From NCBI GenBank assembly GCA_002189035.1, contig NEEC01000226.1, positions 1 through 60,824 on the forward strand: a DNA stretch of 60,824 nucleotides, given 5' to 3'. The DNA comes from Utricularia gibba. Its lineage: Eukaryota; Plantae; Magnoliophyta. Of the stretch, positions 11,801 to 26,800 are shown in pieces. The position numbers and the translations under genes are program-made. Below the pieces are notes generated by a model. The model did not search any database. It was given only the letters and a program-made list of their open reading frames with translations, and was not told where the DNA came from. The first letter of the stretch is position 1. Each line of letters begins with the position of its first letter.

Positions 11801-14800
11801 AGTTTCTCCATCCGACGAACCGTTACAGCTCGTATTTTTGCCTGATAATAGCCCACACTTGTGCCACAAAGTGGCCACCACGTACGCGACAATGCGACTG
11901 AGGACACGCAATCGACGCGAATGTCATTTCATGCATGCAAAACAAATGCATTTCATTCGACGATGTTAAATTTCGGATTTCGAGGCGATCCGTTACAGTG
12001 CCTCAGGTGCGGTCCACCCACACCTCATGATGGCCTCGTGCACTGCTTGGTATCTCGTCGATATCTTACAAACCGTAGTGAGTCACGCTTTGCTTGATAT
12101 AGCGTTACGAAGCTCGCTCCGAGCCGGTCGAATTTCGTGTTCAAAGTTTCTCCATCCGACGAACCGTTACAGCTCGTATTTTTGCCTGATAATAGCCCAC
12201 ACTTGTGCCACAAAGTGGCCACCACGTACGCGACAATGCGACTGAGGACACCGCAATCGACGCGAATGTCATTTCATGCAAAAAAAATGCATTTCATTCG
12301 ACGATGTTAAATTTCGGATTTCGAGGCGATCCGTTACAGTGCCTCAGGTGCGGTCCAACCCACACCTCATGATGGCCTCGTGCACTGCTTGGTATCTCGT
12401 CGATATCTTGCAAACCGTAGTGAGTCACGCTTTGCTTGATATAGCGTTACGAAGCTCGCTCCGAGCCGGTCGAATTTCGTGTTCAAAGTTTCTCCATCCG
12501 ACGAACCGTTACAGCTCGTATTTTTGCCTGATAATAGCCCACACTTGTGCCACAAAGTGGCCACCACGTACGCGACAATGCGACTGAGGACACCGCAATC
12601 GACGCGAATGTCATTTCATGCATGCAAAACAAATGCATTTCATTCGACGATGTTAAATTTCGGATTTCGAGGCGATCCGTTACAGTGCCTCAGGTGCGGT
12701 CCAACCACACCTCATGATGGCCTCGTGCACTGCTTGGTATCTCGTCGATATCTTGCAAACCGTAGTGAGTCACGCTTTGCTTGATATAGCGTTACGAAGC
12801 TCGCTCCGAGCCGGTCGAATTTCGTGTTCAAAGTTTCTCATCCGACGAACCGTTACAGCTCGTATTTTTGCCTGATAATAGCCCACACTTGTGCCACAAA
12901 GTGGCCACCACGTACGCGACAATGCGACTGAGGACACCGCAATCGACGCGAATGTCATTTCATGCATGCAAAACAAATGCATTTCATTCGACGATGTTAA
13001 ATTTCGGATTTCGAGGCGATCCGTTACAGTGCCTCAGGTGCGGTCCAACCCACACCTCATGATGGCCTCGTGCACTGCTTGGTATCTCGTCGATATCTTG
13101 CAAACCGTAGTGAGTCACGCTTTGCTTGATATAGCGTTACGAAGCTCGCTCCGAGCCGGTCGAATTTCGTGTTCAAAGTTTCTCCATCCGACGAACGTTA
13201 CAGCTCGTATTTTTGCCTGATAATAGCCCACACTTGTGCCACAAAGTGGCCACCACGTACGCGACAATGCGACTGAGGACACCGCAATCGACGCGAATGT
13301 CATTTCATGCATGCAAAACAAATGCATTTCATTCGACGATGTTAAATTTCGGATTTCGAGGCGATCCGTTACAGTGCCTCAGGTGCGGTCCAACCCACCT
13401 CATGATGGCCTCGTGCACTGCTTGGTATCTCGTCGATATCTTAAAACCGTAGTGAGTCACGCTTTGCTTGATATAGCGTTACGAAGCTCGCTCCAGCCGG
13501 TCGAATTTCGTGTTCAAAGTTTCTCCATCCGACGAACCGTTACAGCTCGTATTTTTGCCTGATAATAGCCACACTTGTGCCACAAAGTGGCCACCACGTA
13601 CGCGACAATGCGACTGAGGACACCGCAATCGACGCGAATGTCATTTCATGCATGCAAAAAAAATGCATTTCATTCGACGATGTTAAATTTCGGATTTCGA
13701 GGCGATCCGTTACAGTGCCTCGTGGTCCAACCCACACCTCATGATGGCCTCGTGCACTGTTTGGTATCTCGTCGATATCTTGCAAACCGTAGTGAGTCAC
13801 GCTTGCTTGATATAGCGTTTCGAAGCTCGCTCGAGCCGGTCGAATTTCGTGTTCAAAGTTTCTCCATCCGACGAACCGTTACAGCTCGTATTTTTGCCTG
13901 ATAATAGCCCACACTTGTGCCACAAAGTGGCCACCACGTACGCGACAATGCGACTGAGGACACCGCAATCGACGCGAATGTCATTTCATGCATGCAAAAC
14001 AAATGCATTTCATTGGACGATGTTAAATTTCGGATTTCGAGGCGATCCGTTACAGTGCCTCAGGTGCGGTCCAACCCACACCTCATGATGGCCTCGTGCA
14101 CTGCTTGGTATCTCGTCGATATCTTGCAAACCGTAGTGAGTCACGCTTTGCTTGATATAGCGTTACGAAGCTCGCTCCGAGCCGGTCGAATTTCGTGTTC
14201 AAAGTTTCTCCATCCGACGAACCGTTACAGCTCGTATTTTTGCCTGATAATAGCCCACACTTGTGCCACAAAGTGGCCACCACGTACGCGACAATGCGAC
14301 TGAGGACACCGCAATCGACGCGAATGTCATTTCATGCATGCAAAACAAATGCATTTCATTCGACGATGTTAAATTTCGGATTTCGAGGCGATCCGTTACA
14401 GTGCCTCAGGTGCGGTCCAACCCACACCTCATGATGGCCTCGTGCACTGCTTGGTATCTCGTCGATATCTTGCAAACCGTAGTGAGTCACGCTTTGCTTG
14501 ATATAGCGTTACGAAGCTCGCTCCGAGCCGGTCGAATTTCGTGTTCAAAGTTTCTCCATCCGACGAACCGTTACAGCTCGTATTTTTGCCTGATAATAGC
14601 CCACACTTGTGCCACAAAGTGGCCACCACGTACGCGACAATGCGACTGAGGACACCCAATCGACGCGAATGTCATTTCATGCATGCAAAACAAATGCATT
14701 TCATTGACGATGTTAAATTTCGGATTTCGAGGCGATCCGTTACAGTGCCTCAGGTGCGGTCCAACCCACACCTCATGATGGCCTCGTGCACTGCTTGGTA

Positions 14801-17800
14801 TCTCGTCGATATCTTACAAACCGTAGTGAGTCACGCTTTGCTTGATATAGCGTTACGAAGCTCGCTCCGAGCCGGTCGAATTTCGTGTTCAAGTTTCTCC
14901 ATCCGACGAACCGTTACAGCTCGTATTTTTGCCTGATAATAGCCCACACTTGTGCCCAAAGTGGCCACCACGTACGCGACAATGCGACTGAGGACACCGC
15001 AATCGACGCGAATGTCATTTCATGCATGCAAAACAAATGCATTTCATTCGACGATGTTAAATTTCGGATTTCGAGGCGATCCGTTACAGTGCCTCAGGTG
15101 CGGTCCAACCACACCTCATGATGGCCTCGTGCACTGTTTGGTATCTCGTCGATATCTTACAAACCGTAGTGAGTCACGCTTTGCTTGATATAGCGTTACG
15201 AAGCTCGCTCCGAGCCGGTCGAATTTCGTGTTCAAAGTTTCTCCATCCGACGAACCGTTACAGCTCGTATTTTTGCCTGATAATAGCCACACTTGTGCCA
15301 AAAAGTGGCCACCACGTACGCGACAATGCGACTGGACACCAATCGACGCGAATGTCATTTCATGCATGCAAAAATGCATTTCATTCGACGATGTTAAATT
15401 TCGGATTTCGAGGCGATCCGTTACAGTGCCTCGGGTGGTCCAACCCACACCTCATGATGGCTCGTGCACTGTTGGTATCTCGTCGATATCTTGCAAACCG
15501 TAGTGAGTCACGCTTTGCTTGATATAGCGTTTCGAAGCTCGCTCCGCCGGTCGAATTTCGTGTTTCAAAGTTTCTCATCCGACGAACCGTTACAGCTCGT
15601 ATTTTTGCCTGATAATAGCCCACACTTGTGCCACAAAGTGGCCACCAGTACGCGACAATGCGACTGAGGACACCGCAATCGACGCGAATGTCATTTCATG
15701 CATGCAAAACAAATGCATTTCATTGACGATGTTAAATTTCGGATTTCGAGGCGATCCGTTACAGTGCCTCAGGTGCGGTCCAACCCACACCTCATGATGG
15801 CCTCGTGCACTGCTTGGTATCTCGTCGATATCTTGCAAACCGTAGTGAGTCACGCTTTGCTTGATATAGCGTTACGAAGCTCGCTCCGAGCCGGTCGAAT
15901 TTCGTGTTCAAAGTTTCTCCATCCGACGAACCGTTACAGCTCGTATTTTTGCCTGATAATAGCCCACACTTGTGCCCAAAGTGGCACCACGTACGCGACA
16001 ATGCGACTGAGGACACCGCAATCGACGCGAATGTCATTTCATGCATGCAAAACAAATGCATTTCATTGGACGATGTTAAATTTCGGATTTCGAGGCGATC
16101 CGTTACAGTGCCTCAGGTGGTCCAACCCACACCTCATGATGGCTCGTGCACTGTTGGTATCTCGTCGATATCTTGCAAACCGTAGTGAGTCACGCTTTGC
16201 TTGATATAGCGTTACGAAGCTCGCTCCGAGCCGGTCGAATTTCGTGTTCAAAGTTTCTCCATCCGACGAACCGTTACAGCTCGTATTTTTGCCTGATAAT
16301 AGCCCACACTTGTGCCACAAAGTGGCCACCACGTACGCGACAATGCGACTGAGGACACCGCAATCGACGCGAATGTCATTTCATGCATGCAAAACAATGC
16401 ATTTCATTCGACGATGTTAAATTTCGGATTTCGAGGCGATCCGTTACAGTGCCTCAGGTGGTCCAACCCACACCTCATGATGGCCTCGTGCACCTTGGTA
16501 TCTCGTCGATATCTTGCAAACCGTAGTGAGTCACGCTTTGCTTGATAGCGTTACGAAGCTCGCTCCGAGCCGGTCGAATTTCGTGTTCAAGTTTCTCCAT
16601 CCGACGAACCGTTACAGCTCGTATTTTTGCCTGATAATAGCCCACACTTGTGCCACAAAGTGGCCACACGTACGCGACAATGCGACTGAGGACACCGCAA
16701 TCGACGCGAATGTCATTTCATGCATGCAAAACAAATGCATTTCATTGGACGATGTTAAATTTCGGATTTCGAGGCGATCCGTTACAGTGCTCAGGTGCGG
16801 TCCAACCACACCTCATGATGGCCTCGTGCACTGCTTGGTATCTCGTCGATATCTTGCAAACCGTAGTGAGTCACGCTTTGCTTGATATAGCGTTACGAAG
16901 CTCGCTCCGAGCCGGTCGAATTTCGTGTTCAAAGTTTCTCCATCCGACGAACCGTTACAGCTCGTATTTTTGCCTGATAATAGCCCACACTTGTGCCACA
17001 AAGTGGCCACCACGTACGCGACAATGCGACTGAGGACACCGCAATCGACGCGAATGTCATTTCATGCATGCAAAACAAATGCATTTCATTCGACGATGTT
17101 AAATTTCGGATTTCGAGGCGATCCGTTACAGTGCCTCAGGTGCGGTCCAACCACCTCATGATGGCCTCGTGCACTGCTTGGTATCTCGTCGATATCTTGC
17201 AAACTAGTGAGTCACGCTTTGCTTGATATAGCGTTACGAAGCTCGCTCCGAGCCGGTCGAATTTCGTGTTCAAAGTTTCTCCATCCGACGAACCGTTACA
17301 GCTCGTATTTTTGCCTGATAATAGCCCACACTTGTGCCACAAAGTGGCCACCACGTACGCGACAATGCGACTGAGGACACCGCAATCGACGCGAATGTCA
17401 TTTCATGCATGCAAAACAAATGCATTTCATTCGACGATGTTAAATTTCGGATTTCGAGGCGATCCGTTACAGTGCCTCAGGTGCGGTCCAACCCACACCT
17501 CATGATGGCCTCGTGCACTGTTGGTATCTCGTCGATATCTTACAAACCGTAGTGAGTCACGCTTTGCTTGATATAGCGTTACGAAGCTCGCTCCGAGCCG
17601 GTCGAATTTCGTGTTCAAAGTTTCTCCATCCGACGAACCGTTACAGCTCGTATTTTTGCCTGATAATAGCCCACACTTGTGCCACAAAGTGGCCACCACG
17701 TACGCGACAATGCGACTGAGGACACCGCAATCGACGCGAATGTCATTTCATGCATGCAAAAAATGCATTTCATTCGACGATGTTAAATTTCGGATTTCGA

Positions 17801-20800
17801 GGCGATCCGTTACAGTGCCTCAAACCCACACCTCATGATGGCCTCGTGCACTGTTGGTATCTCGTCGATATCTTGCAAACCGTAGTGAGTCACGCTTTGC
17901 TTGATATAGCGTTACGAAGCTCGCTCCGAGCCGTCGAATTTCGTGTTCAAAGTTTCTCATCCGACGAACCGTTACAGCTCGTATTTTTGCCTGATAATAG
18001 CCCACACTTGTGCCACAAGTGGCCACCACGTACGCGACAATGCGACTGAGGACACCGCAATCGACGCGAATGTCATTTCATGCATGCAAAACAATGCATT
18101 TCATTCGACGATGTTAAATTTCGGATTTCGAGGCGATCCGTTACAGTGCCTCAGGTGTCCAACCCACACCTCATGATGGCCTCGTGCACTGTTGGTATCT
18201 CGTCGATATCTTGCAAACCGTAGTGAGTCACGCTTTGCTTGATATAGCGTTTCGAAGCTCGCTCCGAGCCGGTCGAATTTCGTGTTCAAAGTTTCTCCAT
18301 CCGACGAACCGTTACAGCTCGTATTTTTGCCTGATAATAGCCCACACTTGTGCCACAAAGTGGCCACCACGTACGCGACAATGCGACTGAGGACACCGCA
18401 ATCGACGCGAATGTCATTTCATGCATGCAAAACAAATGCATTTCATTCGACGATGTTAAATTTCGGATTTCGAGGCGATCCGTTACAGTGCCTCAGGTGC
18501 GGTCCAACCCACACCTCATGATGGCCTCGTGCACTGCTTGGTATCTCGTCGATATCTTGCAAACCGTAGTGAGTCACGCTTTGCTTGATATAGCGTTACG
18601 AAGCTCGCTCCGAGCCGGTCGAATTTCGTGTTCAAAGTTTCTCCATCCGACGAACCGTTACAGCTCGTTTTTTGCCTGATAATAGCCCACACTTGTGCCA
18701 CAAAGTGGCCACCACGTACGCGACAATGCGACTGAGGACACCGCAATCGACGCGAATGTCATTTCATGCATGCAAAATGCATTTCATTCGACGATGTTAA
18801 ATTTCGGATTTCGAGGCGATCCGTTACAGTGCCTCAGGTGGTCCAACCCACACCTCATGATGGCCTCGTGCACTGCTTGGTATCTCGTCGATATCTTGCA
18901 AAACCGTAGTGAGTCACGCTTTGCTTGATATAGCGTTACGAAGCTCGCTCCGAGCCGGTCGAATTTCGTGTTCAAAGTTTCTCCATCCGACGAACCGTTA
19001 CAGCTCGTATTTTTGCCTGATAATAGCCCACACTTGTGCCACAAAGTGGCCACCACGTACGCGACAATGCGACTGAGGACACCGCAATCGACGCGAATGT
19101 CATTTCATGCATGCAAAACAAATGCATTTCATTCGACGATGTTAAATTTCGGATTTCGAGGCGATCCGTTACAGTGCCTCAGGTGCGGTCCAACCCACAC
19201 CTCATGATGGCCTCGTGCACCTTGGTATCTCGTCGATATCTTGCAAACCGTAGTGAGTCACGCTTTGCTTGATATAGCGTTACGAAGCTCGCTCCGAGCC
19301 GGTCGAATTTCGTGTTCAAAGTTTCTCCATCCGACGAACCGTTACAGCTCGTATTTTTGCCTGATAATAGCCCACACTTGTGCCACAAAGTGGCCACCAC
19401 GTACGCGACAATGCGACTGAGGACACCGCAATCGACGCGAATGTCATTTCATGCATGCAAAACAAATGCATTTCATTGGACGATGTTAAATTTCGGATTT
19501 CGAGGCGATCCGTTACAGTGCCTCAGGTGCGGTCCAACCCACACCTCATGATGGCCTCGTGCACTGCTTGGTATCTCGTCGATATCTTGCAAACCGTAGT
19601 GAGTCACGCTTTGCTTGATATAGCGTTACGAAGCTCGCTCCGAGCCGGTCGAATTTCGTGTTCAAAGTTTCTCCATCCGACGAACCGTTACAGCTCGTAT
19701 TTTTGCCTGATAATAGCCCACACTTGTCCCACAAAGTGGCCACCACGTACGCGACAATGCGACTGAGGACACCGCAATCGACGCGAATGTCATTTCATGC
19801 ATGCAAAACAAATGCATTTCATTGGACGATGTTAAATTTCGGATTTCGAGGCGATCCGTTACAGTGCCTCAGGTGCGGTCCAACCCACACCTCATGATGG
19901 CCTCGTGCACTGCTTGGTATCTCGTCGATATCTTGCAAACCGTAGTGAGTCACGCTTTGCTTGATATAGCGTTACGAAGCTCGCTCCGAGCCGGTCGAAT
20001 TTCGTGTTCAAAGTTTCTCCATCCGACGAACCGTTACAGCTCGTATTTTTGCCTGATAATAGCCCACACTTGTGCCACAAAGTGGCCACCACGTACGCGA
20101 CAATGCGACTGAGGACACCGCAATCGACGCGAATGTCATTTCATGCATGCAAAACAAATGCATTTCATTGACGATGTTAAATTTCGGATTTCGAGGCGAT
20201 CCGTTACAGTGCCTCAAACCGTAGTGAGTCACGCTTGCTTGATATAGCATTTCGAAGCTCGCTCCGAGCCGGTCGAATTTCGTGTTCAAAGTTTTCCATC
20301 CGACGAACCGTTACAGCTCGTATTTTTGCCTGATAATAGCCCACACTTGTGCCACAAAGTGGCCACCACGTACGCGACAATGCGACTGAGGACACCGCAA
20401 TCGACGCGAATGTCATTTCATGCATGCAAAACAAATGCATTTCATTCGACGATGTTAAATTTCGGATTTCGAGGCGATCCGTTACAGTGCCTCAGGTTGG
20501 TCCAACCCACACCTCATGATGGCCTCGTGCATTGGTATCTCGTCGATATCAAAACCGTAGTGAGTCACGCTTTGCTTGATATAGCGTTACGAAGCTCGCT
20601 CCGAGCCGGTCGAATTTCGTGTTCAAAGTTTCTCCATCCGACGAACCGTTACAGCTCGTATTTTTGCCTGATAATAGCCCACACTTGTGCCACAAAGTGG
20701 CCACCACGTACGCGACAATGCGACTGAGGACACCGACGCGAATGTCATTTCATGCATGCAAAACAAATGCATTTCATCGACGATGTTAAATTTCGGATTT

Positions 20801-23800
20801 CGAGGCGATCCGTTACAGTGCCTCGTGGTCAACCCACACCTCATGATGGCCTCGTGCACTGCTTGGTCTCGTCGATATCTTGCAAACCGTAGTGAGTCAC
20901 GCTTTGCTTGATATAGCGTTACGAAGCTCGCTCCCGGTCGAATTTCGTGTTCAAAGTTTCTCCATCCGACGAACCGTTACAGCTCGTATTTTTGCCTGAT
21001 AATAGCCCACACTTGTGCCACAAAGTGGCCACCACGTACGCGACAATGCGACTGAGGACACCGCAATCGACGCGAATGTCATTTCATGCATGAATGCATT
21101 TCATTCGACGATGTTAAATTTCGGATTTCGAGGCGATCCGTTACAGTGCCTCAGGTGTCCAACCCACACCTCATGATGGCCTCGTGCATTGGTATCTCGT
21201 CGATATCTTGCAAACCGTAGTGAGTCACGCTTTGCTTGATATAGCGTTCGAAGCTCGCTCCGAGCCGGTCGAATTTCGTGTTCAAAGTTTCTCCATCCGA
21301 CGAACCGTTACAGCTCGTATTTTTGCCTGATAATAGCCCACACTTGTGCCACAAAGTGGCCACCACGTACGCGAATGCGACTGAGGACACCGCAATCGAC
21401 GCGAATGTCATTTCATGCATGCAAAACAAATGCATTTCATTCGACGATGTTAAATTTCGGATTTCGAGGCGATCCGTTACAGTGCCTCGGGTGTGGTCCA
21501 ACCACACCTCATGATGGCCTCGTGCACTTTGGTATCTCGTCGATATCTTGAGTGTGCTTGATATAGCTCGAAGCTCGCTCCGAGCCGGTCGAATTTCGTG
21601 TTCAAAGTTTCCATCCGACGAACCGTTACAGCTCGTATTTTTGCCTGATAATAGCCCACACTTGTGCCACAAAGTGGCCACCACGTACGCGACAATGCGA
21701 CTGAGGACACCGCAATCGACGCGAATGTCATTTCATGCATGCAAAACAAATGCATTTCATTCGACGATGTTAAATTTCGGATTTCGAGGCGATCCGTTAC
21801 AGTGCCTCAGTCCAACCCACACCTCATGATGGCCTCGTGCACTGCTTGGTATCTCGTCGATATCTTCAAACCGTAGTGAGTCACGCTTTGCTTGATATAG
21901 CGTTCGAAGCTCGCTCCGAGCCGGTCGAATTTCGTGTTCAAAGTTTCTCCATCCGACGAACCGTTACAGCTCGTATTTTTGCCTGATAATAGCCCACACT
22001 TGTGCACAAAGTGGCCACCACGTACGCGACAATGCGACTGAGGACACCGCAATCGACGCGAATGTCATTTCATGCATGCAAAACAAATGCATTTCATTCG
22101 ACGATGTTAAATTTCGGATTTCGAGGCGATCCGTTACAGTGCCTCGGTCCAACACACCTCATGATGGCCTCGTGCATTTTGGTATCTCGTCGATATCTTG
22201 CAAACCGTAGTGAGTCACGCTTTGCTTGATATAGCGTTTCGAAGCTCGCTCCGAGCCGGTCGAATTTCGTGTTCAAAGTTTCCATCCGACGAACCGTTAC
22301 AGCTCGTATTTTTGCCTGATAATAGCCCACACTTGTGCCACAAAGTGGCCACCACGTACGCGACAATGCGACTGAGGACACCGCAATCGACGCGAATGTC
22401 ATTTCATGCATGCAAAACAAATGCATTTCATTTGACGATGTTAAATTTCGGATTTCGAGGCGATCCGTTACAGTGCCTCAGGTTGGTCCAACCCACACCT
22501 CATGATGGCCTCGTGCACTGCTTGGTATCTCGTCGATATCTTGCAAACCGTAGTGAGTCACGCTTTGCTTGATATAGCGTTACGAAGCTCGCTCCGAGCC
22601 GGTCGAATTTCGTGTTCAAAGTTTCTCCATCCGACGAACCGTTACAGCTCGTATTTTTGCCTGATAAAGCCCCACTTGTGCCACAAAGTGGCCACCACGT
22701 ACGCGACAATGCGACTGAGGACACCGCAATCGACGCGAATGTCATTTCATGCATGCAAAACAAATGCATTTCATTCGACGATGTTAAATTTCGGATTTCG
22801 AGGCGATCCGTTACAGTGCCTCGTCCAACACACCTCATGATGGCCTCGTGCATTGGTATCTCGTCGATATCTTGCAAACCGTAGTGAGTCACGCTTTGCT
22901 TGATATAGCGTTTCGAAGCTCGCTCCGAGCCGGTCGAATTTCGTGTTCAAAGTTTCCATCCGACGAACCGTTACAGCTCGTATTTTTGCCTGATAATAGC
23001 CCACACTTGTGCCACAAGTGGCCACCACGTACGCGACAATGCGACTGAGGCAATCGACGCGAATGTCATTTCATGCATGCAAAACAAATGCATTTCATTG
23101 GACGATGTTAAATTTCGGATTTCGAGGCGATCCGTTACAGTGCCTCCGGTCCAACCCACACCTCATGATGGCCTCGTGCATTGGTATCTCGTCGATATCT
23201 TAAAACCGTAGTGAGTCACGCTTTGCTTGATATAGCGTTCGAAGCTCGCTCCGAGCCGGTCGAATTTCGTGTTCAAAGTTTCTCCATCCGACGAACCGTT
23301 ACAGCTCGTATTTTTGCCTGATAATAGCCCACACTTGTGCCACAAAGTGGCCACCACGTACGCGACAATGCGACTGAGGACACCGCAATCGACGCGAATG
23401 TCATTTCATGCATGCAAAACAAATGCATTTCATTCGACGATGTTAAATTTCGGATTTCGAGGCGATCCGTTACAGTGCCTCGGGTGTGGTCCAACCCACA
23501 CCTCATGATGGCCTCGTGCATGGTATCTCGTCGATATCTTGAAAACCGTAGTGAGTCACGCTTGCTTGATATAGCGTTTCGAAGCTCGCTCCGAGCCGGT
23601 CGAATTTCGTGTTCAAAGTTTCGCATCCGACGAACCGTTACAGCTCGTATTTTTGCCTGATAATAGCCACACTTGTGCACAAAGTGGCCACCACGTACGC
23701 GACAATGCGACTGAGGACACCGCAATCGACCGAATGTCATTTCATGCATGCAAAACAAATGCATTTCATTGGACGATGTTAAATTTCGGATTTCGAGGCG

Positions 23801-26800
23801 ATCCGTTACAGTCCAACCCACACCTCATGATGGCCTCGTGCATTGGTATCTCGTCGATATCTTGCAAACCGTAGTGAGTCACGCTTTGCTTGATATAAAA
23901 AATTTCGTGTTCAAAGTTTCTCCATCCGACGAACCGTTACAGCTCGTATTTTTGCCTGATAATAGCCCACACTTGTCACAAAGTGGACGCGACAATGCGA
24001 CTGAGGGACGCGAATGTCATTTCATGCATGCAAAACAATGCATTTCATTCGACGATGTTAAATTTCGGATTTCGAGGCGATCCGTTACAGTGCCTCCAAC
24101 CCACACCTCATGATGGCCTCGTGCATATCTCGTCGATATCTTGCAAACCGTAGTGAGTCACGCTTGCTTGATATAGCGTTCGAAGCTCGCTCCGAGCCGG
24201 TCGAATTTCTTCAAAGTTTCTCCATCCGACGAACCGTTACAGCTCGTATTTTTGCCTGATAATAGCCCACACTTGTGCCACAAAGTGGCCACCACGTACG
24301 CGACAATGCGACTGAGGACACCGCAATCGACGCGAATGTCATTTCATGCATGCAAAACAAATGCATTTCATTGGACGATGTTAAATTTCGGATTTCGAGG
24401 CGATCCGTTACAGTGCCTCCGGTCCAACCCACACCTCATGATGGCCTCGTGCACTGCTTGGTATCTCGTCGATATCTTGCAAACCGTAGTGAGTCACGCT
24501 TTGCTTGATATAGCGTTACGAAGCTCGCTCCGAGCCGTCGAATTTCGTGTTCAAAGTTTCTCCATCCGACGAACCGTTACAGCTCGTTTTTGCCTGATAA
24601 TAGCCCACACTTGTGCCACAAAGTGGCCACCACGTACGCGACAATGCGACTGAGGAACCGCAATCGACGCGAATGTCATTTCATGCATGCAAATGCATTT
24701 CATTCGACGATGTTAAATTTCGGATTTCGAGGCGATCCGTTACAGTGCCTCCGTCCAACCACACCTCATGATGGCCTCGTGCAGTATCTCGTCGATATCT
24801 TGTGAGTCACGCTTTGCTTGATATAGCCGAAGCTCGCTCCGAGCGGTCGAATTTCGTGTTCAAAGTTTCCATCCGACGAACCGTTACAGCTCGTATTTTT
24901 GCCTGATAATAGCCCACACTTGTGCCACAAAGTGGCCACCACGTACGCGACAATGCGACTGAGGACACCGCAATCGACGCGAATGTCATTTCATGCATGC
25001 AAAACAAATGCATTTCATTCGATGTTAAATTTCGGATTTCGAGGCGATCCGTTACAGTGCCTCAGGGTCCAACCCACACCTCATGATGGCCTCGTGCATT
25101 GGTATCTCGTCGATATCAAACCGTAGTGAGTCACGCTTTGCTTGATATAGCGTTCGAAGCTCGCTCCGAGCCGGTCGAATTTCGTGTTCAAAGTTTCTCC
25201 ATCCGACGAACCGTTACAGCTCGTATTTTTGCCTGATAATAGCCCACACTTGTGCCACAAAGTGGCCACCACGTACGCGACAATGCGACTGAGGACACCG
25301 CAATCGACGCGAATGTCATTTCATGCATGCAAAACAAATGCATTTCATTCGACGATGTTAAATTTCGGATTTCGAGGCGATCCGTTACAGTGGGTGTGGT
25401 CCAACACACCTCATGATGCCTCGTGCAGTATCTCGTCGATATCTTGAAAACCGTAGTGAGTCACTTGCTTGATATAGCGTTCGAAGCTCGCTCCGATCGA
25501 ATTTCGTGTTCAAAGTTTCCATCCGACGAACCGTTACAGCTCGTATTTTTGCCTGATAATAGCCCACACTTGTGCCACGCCACCACGTAGACAATGCGAC
25601 TGAGGACACCACAATCGACGCGAATGTCATTTCATGCATGCAAAACAAATGCATTTCATTGGACGATGTTAAATTTCGGATTTCGAGGCGATCCGTTACA
25701 GTGCCTCAGGCGGTCCAACCCACACCTCATGATGGCCTCGTGCACTGCTTGGTATCTCGTCGATATCTTACAAACCGTAGTGAGTCACGCTTTGCTTGAT
25801 ATAGCGTTACGAAGCTCGCTCCGAGCCGGTCGAATTTCGTGTTCAAAGTTTCTCCATCCGACGACCGTTACAGCTCGTATTTTTGCCTGATAATAGCCCA
25901 CACTTGTGCCACAAAGTGGCCACCACGTACGCGACAATGCGACTGAGGACACCGCAATCGACGCGAATGTCATTTCATGCATGCAAAACAAATGCATTTC
26001 ATTCGACGATGTTAAATTTCGGATTTCGAGGCGATCCGTTACAGTGCTCGGTCCAACACACCTCATGATGCCTCGTGCATCTCGTCGATATCTTGAAACC
26101 GTAGTGAGTCACGCTTGCTTGATATAGCGTTTCGAAGCTCGCTCCGAGCCGGTCGAATTTCGTGTTCAAAGTTTCCATCCGACGAACCGTTACAGCTCGT
26201 ATTTTTGCCTGATAATAGCCCACACTTGTGCCACAAAGTGGCCACCACGTACGCGACAATGCGACTGAGGCAATCGACGCGAATGTCATTTCATGCATGC
26301 AAAACAAATGCATTTCATTCGACGATGTTAAATTTCGGATTTCGAGGCGATCCGTTACAGTGCCTCAGGGGTCCAACCCACACCTCATGATGGCCTCGTG
26401 CACTGCTTGGTATCTCGTCGATATCTTCAAACCGTAGTGAGTCACGCTTTGCTTGATATAGCGTTACGAAGCTCGCTCCGAGCCGGTCGAATTTCGTGTT
26501 CAAAGTTTCTCATCCGACGAACCGTTACAGCTCGTATTTTTGCCTGATAATAGCCCACACTTGTGCCACAAAGTGGCCACCACGTACGCGACAATGCGAC
26601 TGAGGACACCGCAATCGACGCGAATGTCATTTCATGCATGCAAAACAAATGCATTTCATTCGACGATGTTAAATTTCGGATTTCGAGGCGATCCGTTACA
26701 GTGCCTCGGTGGTCCAACCCACACCTCATGATGGCCTCGTGCATATCTCGTCGATATCTTGCAAACCGTAGTGAGTCACGCTTTGCTTGATATAGCGTTC

